From NCBI GenBank assembly GCA_964525555.1, contig CAZGHN010000007.1, forward strand, positions 63,851 to 127,850: DNA of 64,000 nt, written 5' to 3'. The position numbers and the translations under genes are program-made. Origin of the DNA: an uncultured bacterium. Lineage in GTDB: Bacteria > Hydrothermota > UBA3072. Below, piece after piece: positions 1 through 10,308 of this stretch. Positions within the stretch are counted from its first letter, which is position 1. Each line of letters opens with the position of its first letter. Under the pieces are notes generated by a model that saw only the letters and a list, made by a program, of their open reading frames with translations, was not told where the DNA came from and did not search any database.

Positions 1-924
1 GCTTCCTCCTTGTTCAATATTACGGGCTGCCCCAAAGAATCTCTTTGGAGTTCTAAGCGCATTAGAATCAACTCCGCCCGAAAGAGTCTTTCCGCTATGA
101 GGTACAACCAAGTTACTGGCACGGGCATACCTTGTAATCGAATCAAGTAAAATAACCACATCTTTTCCCATTTCTACGTATCTTTTTGCCTTCTCGAGAG
201 CCATCTTTGCGACCTGAAGATGTCTTTGAGGAGACATATCAAAAGTAGAAGAAAGAACTTCACCATTTACAGACCTCTCCATATCCGTTACTTCTTCCGG
301 ACGCTCATCCACAAGTAACACCATCAAATGAATTTCAGGATGGTTCTCGGAAATAGAATGGGCTATTTTCTTTATCAAAATCGTTTTCCCTGCTTTAGGA
401 GGAGAAACGATTAAACCTCTTTGTCCTTTCCCAATAGGAGCAATAAGGTCGACAATCCTTGTAGAAATATCTTCATCTTCTGCCTCAAGATTTATCTTCT
501 CATTAGGATGAAGAGGGGTTAGATAATTAAAATTAGGCCTGTCTTTAGCTTCATTGGGATGAGTATAATTAATACTTTCAATTGTCTCTATTGAATGATA
601 TTTTTCTGAATTTTGAGGAGGCTTTACTGCTCCGATTATTGTATCTCCTGTTCTTATACCGAATCTTTTTATAATTGCAGGAGCAACATAAATATCTTCA
701 GGACTCTGGGTGTAATCATTTTCTTTGGCCCTTAAAAATCCAAATCCTTCCGTTAGGATTTCAATTACCCCTCGTATTAATTCACGCCCTTCTTTACTGG
801 CTTTCTCCCCTAGAATAGAGAATATCAAAGCTTCTCTATCTAAACCAGTAAAAGAGATCCCTAATCGTCGAGCTGTATTTACTAATCCCGTGTAATCTTT
901 ATCTTGGATTTCAGAGATATACAT
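1..924 (-). CDS. rho: Transcription termination factor Rho, N-terminal ~308 codons; 3' end lies beyond the window start
   Basis: Reverse-strand translation from the ATG at 922-924 gives [23 protein letters not shown]...; Rho hallmarks follow, including PPKAGKT (Walker A) and [21 protein letters not shown]. Not in the ORF track because it is truncated by the window edge. Confidence 0.8.
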   Translation of the reverse strand, partial: MYISEIQDKDYTGLVNTARRLGISFTGLDREALIFSILGEKASKEGRELIRGVIEILTEGFGFLRAKENDYTQSPEDIYVAPAIIKRFGIRTGDTIIGAVKPPQNSEKYHSIETIESINYTHPNEAKDRPNFNYLTPLHPNEKINLEAEDEDISTRIVDLIAPIGKGQRGLIVSPPKAGKTILIKKIAHSISENHPEIHLMVLLVDERPEEVTDMERSVNGEVLSSTFDMSPQRHLQVAKMALEKAKRYVEMGKDVVILLDSITRYARASNLVVPHSGKTLSGGVDSNALRTPKRFFGAARNIEQGGS

Positions 925-929
925 AAAAT

Positions 930-967
930 TTGTAGCATATATATAGTTAACTTATCTCTTTTGTCAA
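930..967 (-). promoter_or_regulatory. Putative sigma70-type promoter for rho (TTGACA -35, 17-bp spacer, ATATAT -10)
   Basis: Reverse complement of 962-967 is TTGACA; A/T-rich -10 at about 938-944; very short leader before the rho ATG. Confidence 0.3.
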
Positions 968-1049
968 GGGTTAAGACTGTTTCTGTTAAAAAATCAAAAA
1001 ATATCGTGCTGGGTAGAAAAATCTAAAAAATGCTTAACTTAACTTTCCT

Positions 1050-2069
1050 TCACTCGGAAGATGTCAATTCCGAACCGCAATTCTCGCAATACCAGGCATC
1101 AGGCTTGTTCTTATAATTGCATTTGGGACACAGGGAAACTAACTCGCCACTCGCGCTTTTTTCCGAAACCTTTACCTGTTCAGCATTTTGTTCTTTAGTA
1201 GCTGTTACTTCTTTTTTTCCTTTATCTTCTGCTTCTTCATTTAACTCTTGCTCAAGAGAAGAAAGCCAATCCTCATCTTCAGCCGAACCGTCCGGCGAAC
1301 CATCAGCTGAAACTTCAGCATTTACGGCTTCACCGCTTTTTTCATCGGAAAAGTCGAACAATTCCTCATCGCTCTTAGCCTCTTTTTCCTTTTTTTCTGC
1401 AACTTCTTCAGCAACAGAAACATCGGGAATTACGCTTTCACTCTCTTCAGCAGTTTCTTCCTTACCAGTAAACAACTCTTCTGCAATCATATTCTCTTTT
1501 GAAACCTCAGGCAAAGGTTCTTCCTCTACTATTTCCTTCTCTTTTTCATTACTTGTTGCTACTTCTTCTTCCTTAACAACTTCCTTAATCTCCTCTTCCT
1601 CTATAACTTCAACGGGTTCTCCTAAAAGCTCCTTAGTCTCCTCTTCCTCTATAACTTCAACGGGTTCTCCTAAAAGCTCCTTAGTCTCTTCTTCCTCTTT
1701 CTTTAGAGCCTGTAGATCACCTTCTATCTCTACCATTTTATCTTTTATTTCCCCACTCATCGATTCATACTGCCCATCCGAATACTCTCCTATTGAATGC
1801 CTCAATTCGATCTCTTCAAGCTGTTCCTGTAGATCATCTAACTTACTCTTCAAAGGCTCCTTCTTTGTAGCCATTTCCTCCAAAGTTTCTTTAAGAGATT
1901 CTTTTCTCCCTGCAAGTTGACTGCTTAATGCTTGAAGCCTCTTTTCATAATCTTCTTTAACCTTATTAAATACTGAATCCTTAATAGTTCCCTTTTTCCC
2001 CTCTATTTTATTAAGCTTCTCTTTTATATCATCTATAGCAGCTTTAATTTGAGCAACCTCTTCACTCAT
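1050..2069 (-). CDS. Hypothetical acidic coiled-coil protein with C-terminal 4-Cys zinc ribbon (CPKC...CENC)
   Basis: 339 aa, very E/K-rich with heptad-like segments, ending in CPKCNYKNKPDAWYCENCGSEL. Contains a perfect 16-aa tandem duplication (KELLGEPVEVIEEEET x2). Confidence 0.55.
   Translation of the reverse strand: MSEEVAQIKAAIDDIKEKLNKIEGKKGTIKDSVFNKVKEDYEKRLQALSSQLAGRKESLKETLEEMATKKEPLKSKLDDLQEQLEEIELRHSIGEYSDGQYESMSGEIKDKMVEIEGDLQALKKEEEETKELLGEPVEVIEEEETKELLGEPVEVIEEEEIKEVVKEEEVATSNEKEKEIVEEEPLPEVSKENMIAEELFTGKEETAEESESVIPDVSVAEEVAEKKEKEAKSDEELFDFSDEKSGEAVNAEVSADGSPDGSAEDEDWLSSLEQELNEEAEDKGKKEVTATKEQNAEQVKVSEKSASGELVSLCPKCNYKNKPDAWYCENCGSELTSSE
1601..1696. repeat. Perfect 48-bp direct tandem duplication inside the acidic protein gene
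   Basis: ctcctcttcctctataacttcaacgggttctcctaaaagctccttagt occurs twice back to back (1601-1648, 1649-1696); in-frame (16 codons). Confidence 0.85.
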
Positions 2070-2080
2070 TTCTTTTCCTC

Positions 2081-3085
2081 CTATTGAAGTTGACTCACAA
2101 AGTTAAAATTCATACTGAATTCCCCCCAACCATTTTTAATCCTATACTCGGTATCCATAATCTTCTCATAACGGTTCTCAAGCGTACCATAGGACAACCT
2201 CCTAGCAGCCGGGAGATACTTCATTTTTAAAATATACGGATGCATGTTCAATTTTTTATCTATATTCATTTTTTTCAAATCTCCTTCTTCATCAATGGCT
2301 GCACGTAAAGCTAACAAACATCTAATATCTCTGTTAACAAAATGAAACATGGGTATATTATCCGAATATTCTACAAGATAGCGTAGAGCGTCATTATATT
2401 TCGCATCCAATATCGAGTTGGAAATCTTAAATATTGTATCCTCCCTGTAAAATCCAATATTTTTAAAATCCTCTTCTTTGATAATTTTATCCTTATCTTT
2501 CTTAAATGAAATAACCCTTTCAATATGTTTCTTTATTTCATCCCTGTTTGTACCACAACGGAACCAAAGTAGATTTAAAGCCTCTTTACTTATACCAAAA
2601 CCCATCTTCCCAACAAAATTTTTAATCCAACCAGGTATATCAGAATCATAAATGGGTTTAAATTTACCTATCAAACTATCTTCAATTTTTAATATTTTTT
2701 TGTGGTCCAAAAAGACAAAAACAACAAAATTAGGCCTTAACCGATCGGGATCCACGACAGCTTCCTTAACTTCTTTAAATAAAGATGCAGAAAGAGTATC
2801 TACATCATAAAATATCAACAATTTTCCACCAAATAAGTCTTTCATACGCAAGCTCTTAATTGACTGCGGGGCATCTGCCGGGAAAAAAGTTTCAATATCT
2901 TTTGCGTCAAAACTTTCTTTTATGGACGTTATAGTTTCTTTAATATCAAAATCATCCCCGGTAATTTGAAGTAAACGATGCTTCTTTTCTTTAAAGCATG
3001 CTAATAAATCATTAACATTATCCCTGGGTTTCATTTGTTTAATTATAACATTATTCATTTCTAAGTCAAGTCCCTGTATTTGCAA
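2081..3085 (-). CDS. holA: DNA polymerase III delta subunit-like (HolA family)
   Basis: 334 aa; size and pattern (LLxFYDVD..., GISKEALNLLWFRCGTNRDEIKKHIERV) resemble the clamp-loader delta subunit; lacks a Walker A. Confidence 0.45.
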   Translation of the reverse strand: MQIQGLDLEMNNVIIKQMKPRDNVNDLLACFKEKKHRLLQITGDDFDIKETITSIKESFDAKDIETFFPADAPQSIKSLRMKDLFGGKLLIFYDVDTLSASLFKEVKEAVVDPDRLRPNFVVFVFLDHKKILKIEDSLIGKFKPIYDSDIPGWIKNFVGKMGFGISKEALNLLWFRCGTNRDEIKKHIERVISFKKDKDKIIKEEDFKNIGFYREDTIFKISNSILDAKYNDALRYLVEYSDNIPMFHFVNRDIRCLLALRAAIDEEGDLKKMNIDKKLNMHPYILKMKYLPAARRLSYGTLENRYEKIMDTEYRIKNGWGEFSMNFNFVSQLQ

Positions 3086-3229
3086 ACCTAAGAGACGGAG
3101 AGCTACAAGACGACAAAATTAAAAATAAAGACCATAAGGGGCATAAAACCGCTTCACACCCAACTTTTTGATTGTATTTATCAACCAACCCCAACCACTA
3201 AAGAATTTAGTAACAACAATATATATATG

Positions 3230-3985
3230 TTAACTTTTTAAATTTAATGGAAATAAAAAAGGTGTATTTTGCATATATTCTCTGTATTCTTGCGAATAAG
3301 CTGCAAGCTTTTTTTCTTCGAGATGTGCTCTAAAAACAAATAAACCTACCTGTATTAGAGAAATAAATATGAAAAAAAACTGGGGACTTGTCATAGAAAG
3401 ACCTATTGCTGTTATTATATAACCAAAATAAATAGGATGTCTAACATAACGATATAATCCTTGTTTAACAATATTACGCACCTGTATAAGAACGCTGAAT
3501 GAGCGCCTTAAATTAAAAACAGCTATTGCGCTTATTACGCATCCCGCTATTACAATAATAGATCCTATAAATGAAAAAAATAGTAATGTCTTCAAAGGGA
3601 CTATGTAAAAATTAAGTTTTTTGGGGATATATGGAATTACATTATAAGTAATCCAGGAATAAGTAGATACTGTAGGAACAAATATCTCGAGAAATCCTTT
3701 TGGTTTTTGTAAAGGTCTTTTCCTTATAATTAATAAAAAACCAACAAAAGCATTTACAAATGCTAAAATGGCAGTTACAATCATTTGAGAAAGAAATGGG
3801 ACCTGATCAACCCTTAATGACGATAATGATTTAAAAATATTTAATATATTAGTCCAATTGGGGATTATTTTACGTACATTATTATACGCAAGAGAAAAAG
3901 CAATCAATGAGAAAAGATAACTCTCAACGAACATACTTATGGAACCAATTATTTCTTGTCTTTTTATTTTTTTATCATTAGTCAT
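3230..3985 (-). CDS. Isoprenylcysteine carboxyl methyltransferase / phospholipid methyltransferase family membrane protein
   Basis: Multi-TM protein with the C-terminal signature GLYRYVRHPIYFGYII...RAHLEEKKLAAYSQEYREY typical of the ICMT/PEMT family. Confidence 0.6.
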   Translation of the reverse strand: MTNDKKIKRQEIIGSISMFVESYLFSLIAFSLAYNNVRKIIPNWTNILNIFKSLSSLRVDQVPFLSQMIVTAILAFVNAFVGFLLIIRKRPLQKPKGFLEIFVPTVSTYSWITYNVIPYIPKKLNFYIVPLKTLLFFSFIGSIIVIAGCVISAIAVFNLRRSFSVLIQVRNIVKQGLYRYVRHPIYFGYIITAIGLSMTSPQFFFIFISLIQVGLFVFRAHLEEKKLAAYSQEYREYMQNTPFLFPLNLKS

Positions 3986-4145
3986 ATTAGACTATATATA
4001 TATTAAATAACCAAAGTCAAGAAAAAATATTATTAAAATGTTGTTTGACTCTTTTACTTAGGCGCATAAAATGACTTCTTTTCCTATAAAAACTATATAT
4101 CCTAACTATTGACATTATTAAATTTTTCTATATAATAATTTTTAA

Positions 4146-4218
4146 GGTGAGATAGCTCAGTCGGTAGAGCACGGGACTGAAAATCCCGGTGTCGGTGGTT
4201 CAATTCCACCTCTCACCA
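4146..4218 (+). tRNA. tRNA-Phe (anticodon GAA)
   Basis: GGTGAGATAGCTCAGTCGGTAGAGCACGGGACTGAAAATCCCGGTGTCGGTGGTTCAATTCCACCTCTCACCA; cloverleaf matches canonical tRNA-Phe; CCA not encoded. Confidence 0.9.
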
Positions 4219-4230
4219 TCTTAATTAAAA

Positions 4231-4545
4231 ATGAAAATTTTTTTATTTTTTTTAGCCTTTATATATATTCTTTTATCACTGGGATGTAAAAAAGCCAAAG
4301 ATTCAGTAGTTGAAACCAAAACGATAACAAAAGAATATACAAAAGGTATAGCAAAAGTACCAAGTAAAACTAGAGTTCTTACGGAACTTGCTTCACTCCG
4401 TCAGGCTATAAAAATGTATCAGGTAGAAAAAGAAAAATATCCTGAAACATTGTCCGACTTGCCCGTAAAAATCAAAGATATAAATGATTATAATTACGAT
4501 TCCCGGACGGGTAAGGTAAAAAGTAGATATTATCCGGAAATGTGA
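4231..4545 (+). CDS. Small predicted lipoprotein (signal peptide plus lipobox LSLGC)
   Basis: MKIFLFFLAFIYILLSLGC... hydrophobic N-terminus ending in a lipobox cysteine; 104 aa. Confidence 0.5.
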   Translation: MKIFLFFLAFIYILLSLGCKKAKDSVVETKTITKEYTKGIAKVPSKTRVLTELASLRQAIKMYQVEKEKYPETLSDLPVKIKDINDYNYDSRTGKVKSRYYPEM

Positions 4546-4676
4546 TTTTAAAATACTGAGCTATTAGACGTTCGCCTTTAGCTTTTAGCATTAAATTCAC
4601 CCCACCGACACTAATATTTTTAAATTATCCACAAAATTTTATTTGTTTTCGTTAGCTAACAGCCAAAAGCAAACAG

Positions 4677-5222
4677 CTAAGAGCTTATTTTATTATAATA
4701 TTCAAGAACATCTTTTATGGAATAGGATTTTACTTCTTCACGAGAAAAACCAAACTCTGAAGTAAATTGATTGATCGTGTCTAAATCGGGAGCCTCTATT
4801 TCCAAAAATGCTGGGATTTCAGGATACTTGTCTATTTCAAAATGTGTTTTTCCTAACTTATAAGTAGTCCTATGTTTATTGAATTCATATAGAGGGAAAA
4901 GACCCATTTCTTCGAACATCTTCTTCATTGTTTCGAAATCTTCAACTGTAAGTTCATACTCATCCATAATTTTTGCTTTATCCTGGCTTATAAGATTTTT
5001 AAATGTCAAAATAACCTTATTGTTTTTTTTCCTGAGTCTTAAAATCTTGCCTTTTTTCTCTAACCGTTTCCCCTGAAAATCAAAATAAACGCTACTTACT
5101 TCGCCTTCAAAAACTTTTTGCGCCCCAAGCCCTTTCAGCTTCTTCATGACTTCTTCTTCATCTATTTCCAGAATTTTTACTTCAATTTCTTTCAAAAAAC
5201 TTCCCCTATATTTTAATGCCAC
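4677..5222 (-). CDS. CYTH-domain protein (class IV adenylate cyclase / CyaB-thiamine triphosphatase family)
   Basis: N-terminal EIEVKxL motif plus acidic patches typical of the CYTH triphosphate-tunnel fold; 181 aa. Confidence 0.55.
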   Translation of the reverse strand: MALKYRGSFLKEIEVKILEIDEEEVMKKLKGLGAQKVFEGEVSSVYFDFQGKRLEKKGKILRLRKKNNKVILTFKNLISQDKAKIMDEYELTVEDFETMKKMFEEMGLFPLYEFNKHRTTYKLGKTHFEIDKYPEIPAFLEIEAPDLDTINQFTSEFGFSREEVKSYSIKDVLEYYNKISS

Positions 5223-5327
5223 AAAGGCTCTAAGTCACTAAGCCCCATCCCACACCAATTTTATACTTGTTTTTTTAAAATAAAGACTAAACGACTCTTT
5301 GTGCCTTAGTGTCTTTGTGGCTATTTT

Positions 5328-6641
5328 CTATTTTTCAAGGTCGTATTCGTTTATCTTATTAAAGAGAGTTTTATATGAAATATTTAAAAGCCGCGCTGCC
5401 TGCGCTTTATTTCCTTCAGTTTGCCTTAATGCTTCTCTAATAATCCTTATTTCAGTATCTTTCTTCGCTTTTTCTCCTATTTCACGAAGATTAAGGCTTT
5501 CAGTGCTCTTATCTTCCCTTCTTTTGCCATGGAAAATAATATCTTTTTCTCTAATCTCTTCAGATTCACAAATAATTAACGCTCTTTTGACAACATTTTC
5601 AAGTTCACGCACATTTCCCTTCCATTCATGCTGCTTCAACTTCATTAAAGCCCTATCATTAATCCCTTTAACTTCACCAGGAATACTTCCACCATACGAA
5701 TCAATAAAGTGCTTTACAAGAATTTCAATATCCTCAAGTCTATCCTTAAGAGCCGGCAAATGAATCGGAAATACATTTAAACGGTAATATAAGTCTTCTC
5801 TAAATTCCTTCTTCTCAACAAGGCTTTCCAGATCCCTGTTTGTAGCGCAAATTATACGCACATCAACTTTAAACCTTTCCCTCCCACCCACTCTCTCAAA
5901 CTCCTTATCTTCAATAACTCTCAAAATTTTAGATTGAAGAAGAAGAGGCATATCTCCGATTTCATCAAAAAAAAGTGTACCACCCGAAGCCTGGGAAATT
6001 TTACCTATTCTTTTAGAAACTCCTGTAGCTGTTCCCTTTTCTATCCCGAACAATTCACTTTCCAGAAGAGTATCTGGTATCGCAGCAGAATTCAGTACAA
6101 CGAAAGGCGCATCTTTTCTTGGACTCCACCTGTGAATAGCACGGGCGAATAATTCCTTGCCGGTTCCACTCTCTCCAAATAGAAAAGCAGTAAGGTCGGT
6201 TACTGCAACTTTCTTGCCAAGAGCCATTGCTTCTTTCAACAGAGTAGACTCCCCAACTATTTCCCAGGTAGCCGGATAATATTTTTCTTTTATTTCATTT
6301 CTTATCTTTTCAATCAATACATCGGGATCAAATGGCTTCTGTATAAAATCCGAAGCTCCTTTCTTAACAGCTTCCACGGCACTTTTGATATCCCCGTATG
6401 CTGTTACTATAAATACAGAAAATGCAGGTGCAATCTCGTGTACTTTGGTTAAAAGCTCCAAACCACCCATGCCAGGCAGTTTAAGATCGAACACCCCTAC
6501 AGAAAACACATCTCTATTAAAAACATCAAATGCGGCCTCGGCAGAAGAGCAAGACTGGTAAGAAAGCTTTGCCTTCTCGAAATTAAGTTCCAGCATTTTC
6601 CTAAAATTTTCGTTATCTTCCACAAGAAGTATCTTGTTCAT
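5328..6641 (-). CDS. Two-component response regulator, NtrC family (receiver + AAA+ sigma-54 interaction domain + Fis-type HTH)
   Basis: Receiver domain N-terminus; Walker A GESGTGKELFARAIH; ESELFG...GGTLFFDEIGDM; C-terminal HTH (QAARLLNISYKTLFNKI). The GAFTGA motif is degenerate (GTATGV). Confidence 0.85.
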   Translation of the reverse strand: MNKILLVEDNENFRKMLELNFEKAKLSYQSCSSAEAAFDVFNRDVFSVGVFDLKLPGMGGLELLTKVHEIAPAFSVFIVTAYGDIKSAVEAVKKGASDFIQKPFDPDVLIEKIRNEIKEKYYPATWEIVGESTLLKEAMALGKKVAVTDLTAFLFGESGTGKELFARAIHRWSPRKDAPFVVLNSAAIPDTLLESELFGIEKGTATGVSKRIGKISQASGGTLFFDEIGDMPLLLQSKILRVIEDKEFERVGGRERFKVDVRIICATNRDLESLVEKKEFREDLYYRLNVFPIHLPALKDRLEDIEILVKHFIDSYGGSIPGEVKGINDRALMKLKQHEWKGNVRELENVVKRALIICESEEIREKDIIFHGKRREDKSTESLNLREIGEKAKKDTEIRIIREALRQTEGNKAQAARLLNISYKTLFNKINEYDLEK

Positions 6642-6642
6642 T

Positions 6643-7896
6643 TTATTCTCTAGGAATAGTTATAAAAAAAGTGCTACCTTTGCCAGGCTTGCTTCTAACT
6701 TTAATATCACCATTATGCACTTCTATTATTCTCTTTGCAACAACCATCCCAACTCCTACTCCTCCATCTTTTTTCGTGAAAAACAAATTAAAGATAGAAG
6801 ATAAAGTATTCTTGTCCATCCCGGCTCCGGTATCCTCTATTATAATGTTAATCTCTTTTTTCTTTTGCCGGGCTGAAACGACAATATCTCCTTTATCTTT
6901 ACAGGCATCAAGAGCATTATCCAGTATATTATAAACAGCCATTCCAATAAGCTCTCCATCGGCTTTTAATTTAATATCTTCCGTAACATGAGTTTTTATC
7001 TCTACTTTCTTATTATCCAATCTTCTGATAACCTCGTCTATTAAATCTTTCATATTTACATCTTTTATTTCTATTTTAAGCGGACCGGATAGAGATAAAA
7101 GATTCATGGAAAAATCATTTAAACGGCTGGTTTCTTCCAGAATTCCTCTTCTTATTTCTTCGTTCTCAACAAGCTTTCCAAATCCAAAAATGGCACCGGT
7201 AGCGTTTCTTATTTCATGAAGAACCTGAGTCACGTTTTCTCCCAGATTGGATAGAAAAAGTCGTTGTTGTAATTCTTTTTCCCTCTCCTGAATGCTTTTC
7301 AACTTCTCTCTGTAATCCCTTACCATTTCCCTTATAGTCCTCATTGTATATTCAATATTCTGTCCTTTTTCACCGGTAACCTCTCTAATCTTTTTAAAGG
7401 GATAAGAAAAGACCCAAAAAATATAGAATCCGAGGGCAATAAAGGAAGAATAAACGATAATTTTCAAGAATAAAGAAACCCGAAAAACTCTTTTCAACAA
7501 TCCAAGCTGCTCTTCTGAGGCACTTATAAGCAGATAACCTTCTTCAACAGGGAATAAACCATATCTATATCCCCAGAAACTAACCGAATCCGCGAAAAAT
7601 TCCGGGATAAAACGTACATTAAAGTCTGAAGATATTACTAAATTTTGGGTCGAATCAAACAACTCCACCCAACCAAGCGAATACTCCTCCAAAAGAGGAT
7701 ATACTTTTTTTAGATCTAACTCTATTTTTTTTTCCCTATTGATCGCACCTCTGATATTTTCTGCGCCTAAAATAAGCCTATTATCAATCTCTTCTAAAAG
7801 AGCTTTTCTCATTCCTAAAGAATAGGATGTTGTAGAAACATCCAGACAAACAAATAATAAAAAAAGTAAAAAGAAACTTATAGAAAGCTCACGCAT
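6643..7896 (-). CDS. Sensor histidine kinase (membrane-anchored, HisKA + HATPase_c)
   Basis: N-terminal TM segments; C-terminal NALDA...DTGAGMD...GGVGVGM G-boxes; 2-bp gap to the regulator gene. Confidence 0.8.
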   Translation of the reverse strand: MRELSISFFLLFLLFVCLDVSTTSYSLGMRKALLEEIDNRLILGAENIRGAINREKKIELDLKKVYPLLEEYSLGWVELFDSTQNLVISSDFNVRFIPEFFADSVSFWGYRYGLFPVEEGYLLISASEEQLGLLKRVFRVSLFLKIIVYSSFIALGFYIFWVFSYPFKKIREVTGEKGQNIEYTMRTIREMVRDYREKLKSIQEREKELQQRLFLSNLGENVTQVLHEIRNATGAIFGFGKLVENEEIRRGILEETSRLNDFSMNLLSLSGPLKIEIKDVNMKDLIDEVIRRLDNKKVEIKTHVTEDIKLKADGELIGMAVYNILDNALDACKDKGDIVVSARQKKKEINIIIEDTGAGMDKNTLSSIFNLFFTKKDGGVGVGMVVAKRIIEVHNGDIKVRSKPGKGSTFFITIPRE

Positions 7897-7906
7897 CCAT
7901 CTAAAA

Positions 7907-9166
7907 TTAAGTTCCCTCCCCCCAGGAGCTAAGATATTTTTTCTGTTCTTCCGTCAAATCATCAATTATTATACCCATAGTCTTTAATTTCAAATGAGCA
8001 ATTTCCCTGTCAATTTCTACTGGTAACGTATAAACTTTTTTTTCCATTTTGTCCGCTTCCCGAGTCAAATATACAGCTGCATTTGCCTGGTTCGCGAAAC
8101 TCATATCCATTACTACTGCAGGGTGCCCTTCAGCACATGAAAGATTAACCAACCTCCCCCCTCCCAGAAGATTAACTTTTCTTCCATTTTTAAGTACGTG
8201 TTGAGTTACATTCTCCCTTATTTCTTTCTTGGATACACTTAACTCTTCAAGATCCTCAAGTTTAATCTCAACATTGAAATGGCCCGAGTTTCCGATTACC
8301 ACGTTATCCTTCATTAGTTCTATTTCTTCACCAGTAATAATCCATTTGTCCCCCGTAACAGTAATAAATATATCACCTATACCAGCAGCTTCCTTTTTCG
8401 GCATAACTGCATACCCTTCCATAGCTGCTTCAAGAGCTCTAACAGGATCGGTTTCAACAACTATTACCCTTGCTCCCATCCCACTGGCTCTCTTTGCAAC
8501 TCCCTTTCCGCACCAGCCAAAACCAAATACAACAAAATTACTACCGGAAATTAGGTAATTTGTAGCACGGAGGATTCCATCGATAGTGGATTGTCCTGTA
8601 CCGTAACGATTATCGAATAAATACTTGGTCTTCGAATCATTCACTGCTATCACAGGATAACCAAGAACTCCTTCGCCAGCCATTGCCCTGAGTCTTATTA
8701 CACCGGTTGTCGTCTCTTCTGTACCTCCTATAACTTTATCCAATTCCGATTTATATTCATTATGTAAGGTAGAAACAAGATCCGCACCATCATCCATTGT
8801 TATATCATGACCATTTTCAAGAGTACTTTTGATATGGCTGTAGTACGTCTCTCTGTCGGCTCCATGTTTTGCGAAAACAGGAATTCCGAATTCCTTTACC
8901 AAAGCTGCTGCAACATCATCCTGTGTTGAAAGAGGATTAGAAGCACACAAAGCAACATTAGATCCTGCAGCCTTCAGCGTTATCATAAGATTTGCCGTCT
9001 CTGTAGTAACGTGAAGACATGCCGCAATAGATACATCCTTAAGAGGCTTATCTTTCTCGAATTTCTCTTTAATGCTTTTTAAAACCGGCATAAACCCCGA
9101 AGCCCATTCTATTCTCCTTATACCCTTATCTGCTAAAGATTCATCAGCTATATTGTAATTCATCAA
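7907..9166 (-). CDS. ahcY: Adenosylhomocysteinase (S-adenosyl-L-homocysteine hydrolase)
   Basis: 419 aa; ...[16 protein letters not shown]..., NAD-binding [24 protein letters not shown]. Confidence 0.9.
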   Translation of the reverse strand: MMNYNIADESLADKGIRRIEWASGFMPVLKSIKEKFEKDKPLKDVSIAACLHVTTETANLMITLKAAGSNVALCASNPLSTQDDVAAALVKEFGIPVFAKHGADRETYYSHIKSTLENGHDITMDDGADLVSTLHNEYKSELDKVIGGTEETTTGVIRLRAMAGEGVLGYPVIAVNDSKTKYLFDNRYGTGQSTIDGILRATNYLISGSNFVVFGFGWCGKGVAKRASGMGARVIVVETDPVRALEAAMEGYAVMPKKEAAGIGDIFITVTGDKWIITGEEIELMKDNVVIGNSGHFNVEIKLEDLEELSVSKKEIRENVTQHVLKNGRKVNLLGGGRLVNLSCAEGHPAVVMDMSFANQANAAVYLTREADKMEKKVYTLPVEIDREIAHLKLKTMGIIIDDLTEEQKKYLSSWGEGT

Positions 9167-10308
9167 TTTACTTCTCCTTTAAGATCAGAGACTCTATCAA
9201 GCTCTTCCCATCTAAAATCGTTATCTTCTCTTCCAAAATGCCCATAACATGCTGTTTTCAGGTATTGAGGACGTATCAAATCCAACTGCTCGATAATTTT
9301 TCTTGGACGAAAATCAAAAACTTTCTTCACTGCTTCCAAAATACCTTCGTCAGAAACAACGCCTGTACCAAAAGAATCAATATATATAGAAACCGGTTCT
9401 TCCATACCAATTGCATAAGCTATTTGTATTTCAACTTTATCTGCAAGTCCGGCACCAACAATATTCTTTGCTACATATCTCGCCATATAAGCAGCAGAAC
9501 GGTCAACTTTGGTAGGATCTTTTCCTGAGAAACATCCTCCGCCGTGCTTACCTAAACCTCCGTAAGTATCTACCATAATCTTCCTGCCTGTAACACCTGT
9601 ATCCGCTTGAGGACCGCCGATAACAAACCTGCCAGTCGGATTAACAAGATATTCAGTATTGTCGTCTAATAATTCCTCAGGTACAGTTGTTCTAATGACT
9701 TCCTCGATTATATATTCTTTAAGTTCGGAGAGATCAACTTGAGGATCACATTGAGCGGATATTAAAACCGTATCAACCCTCTTCGGCATACCATCAATAT
9801 ACTCAATAGAAACTTGAGATTTACCATCAGGTCGCAGGAAATGATCTTTTCTCTCTTTTCTTTTATCAGCAAGTTTCTTGACTAATTTATGAGCCAAAAT
9901 AATCGGAAGAGGCATCAGTTCCTTTGTCTCCTTAGTAGCATATCCGAACATCATTCCCTGATCTCCGGCTCCCCCTCTATCTACACCCAATGCTATATCG
10001 GGAGATTGCCCCTGAATCATGGTTATAATGCCACAGGTTTCATGGGTAAAATGATACTCGGTCTTAACATATCCAATATCACGTAATAGCTCTCTAACAA
10101 GATTTGGAACATCTATATAAATCGAAGTCGTCATCTCCCCCGAAACTATAACAATACCTCGGGTTGTAAGAGTTTCTATTGCGGTTCTAACGCTTTCAGG
10201 ATTCGGATCACTAGCATAAATTTCGTCCAACACAGCATCGGAAACCTGATCACATATCTTATCAGGATGCCCTTCTGTTACTGATTCACTTGTTATTATC
10301 CTTTTCAC
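9163..10308 (-). CDS. metK: S-adenosylmethionine synthetase
   Basis: 381 aa; [40 protein letters not shown] signature. Confidence 0.92.
   Translation of the reverse strand: MKRIITSESVTEGHPDKICDQVSDAVLDEIYASDPNPESVRTAIETLTTRGIVIVSGEMTTSIYIDVPNLVRELLRDIGYVKTEYHFTHETCGIITMIQGQSPDIALGVDRGGAGDQGMMFGYATKETKELMPLPIILAHKLVKKLADKRKERKDHFLRPDGKSQVSIEYIDGMPKRVDTVLISAQCDPQVDLSELKEYIIEEVIRTTVPEELLDDNTEYLVNPTGRFVIGGPQADTGVTGRKIMVDTYGGLGKHGGGCFSGKDPTKVDRSAAYMARYVAKNIVGAGLADKVEIQIAYAIGMEEPVSIYIDSFGTGVVSDEGILEAVKKVFDFRPRKIIEQLDLIRPQYLKTACYGHFGREDNDFRWEELDRVSDLKGEVN

Noticed and set aside
1117-1920. 267-aa plus-strand ORF (Ser-rich) overlapping the acidic protein gene
   Set aside because: Mirror-frame artefact of the low-complexity GAA/GAG-rich minus-strand gene; Ser/Leu-rich translation with no motifs.
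5299-5763. 154-aa plus-strand ORF antisense to the response regulator
   Set aside because: Fully embedded antisense in a well-supported CDS; Ser/Leu-rich, no motifs.
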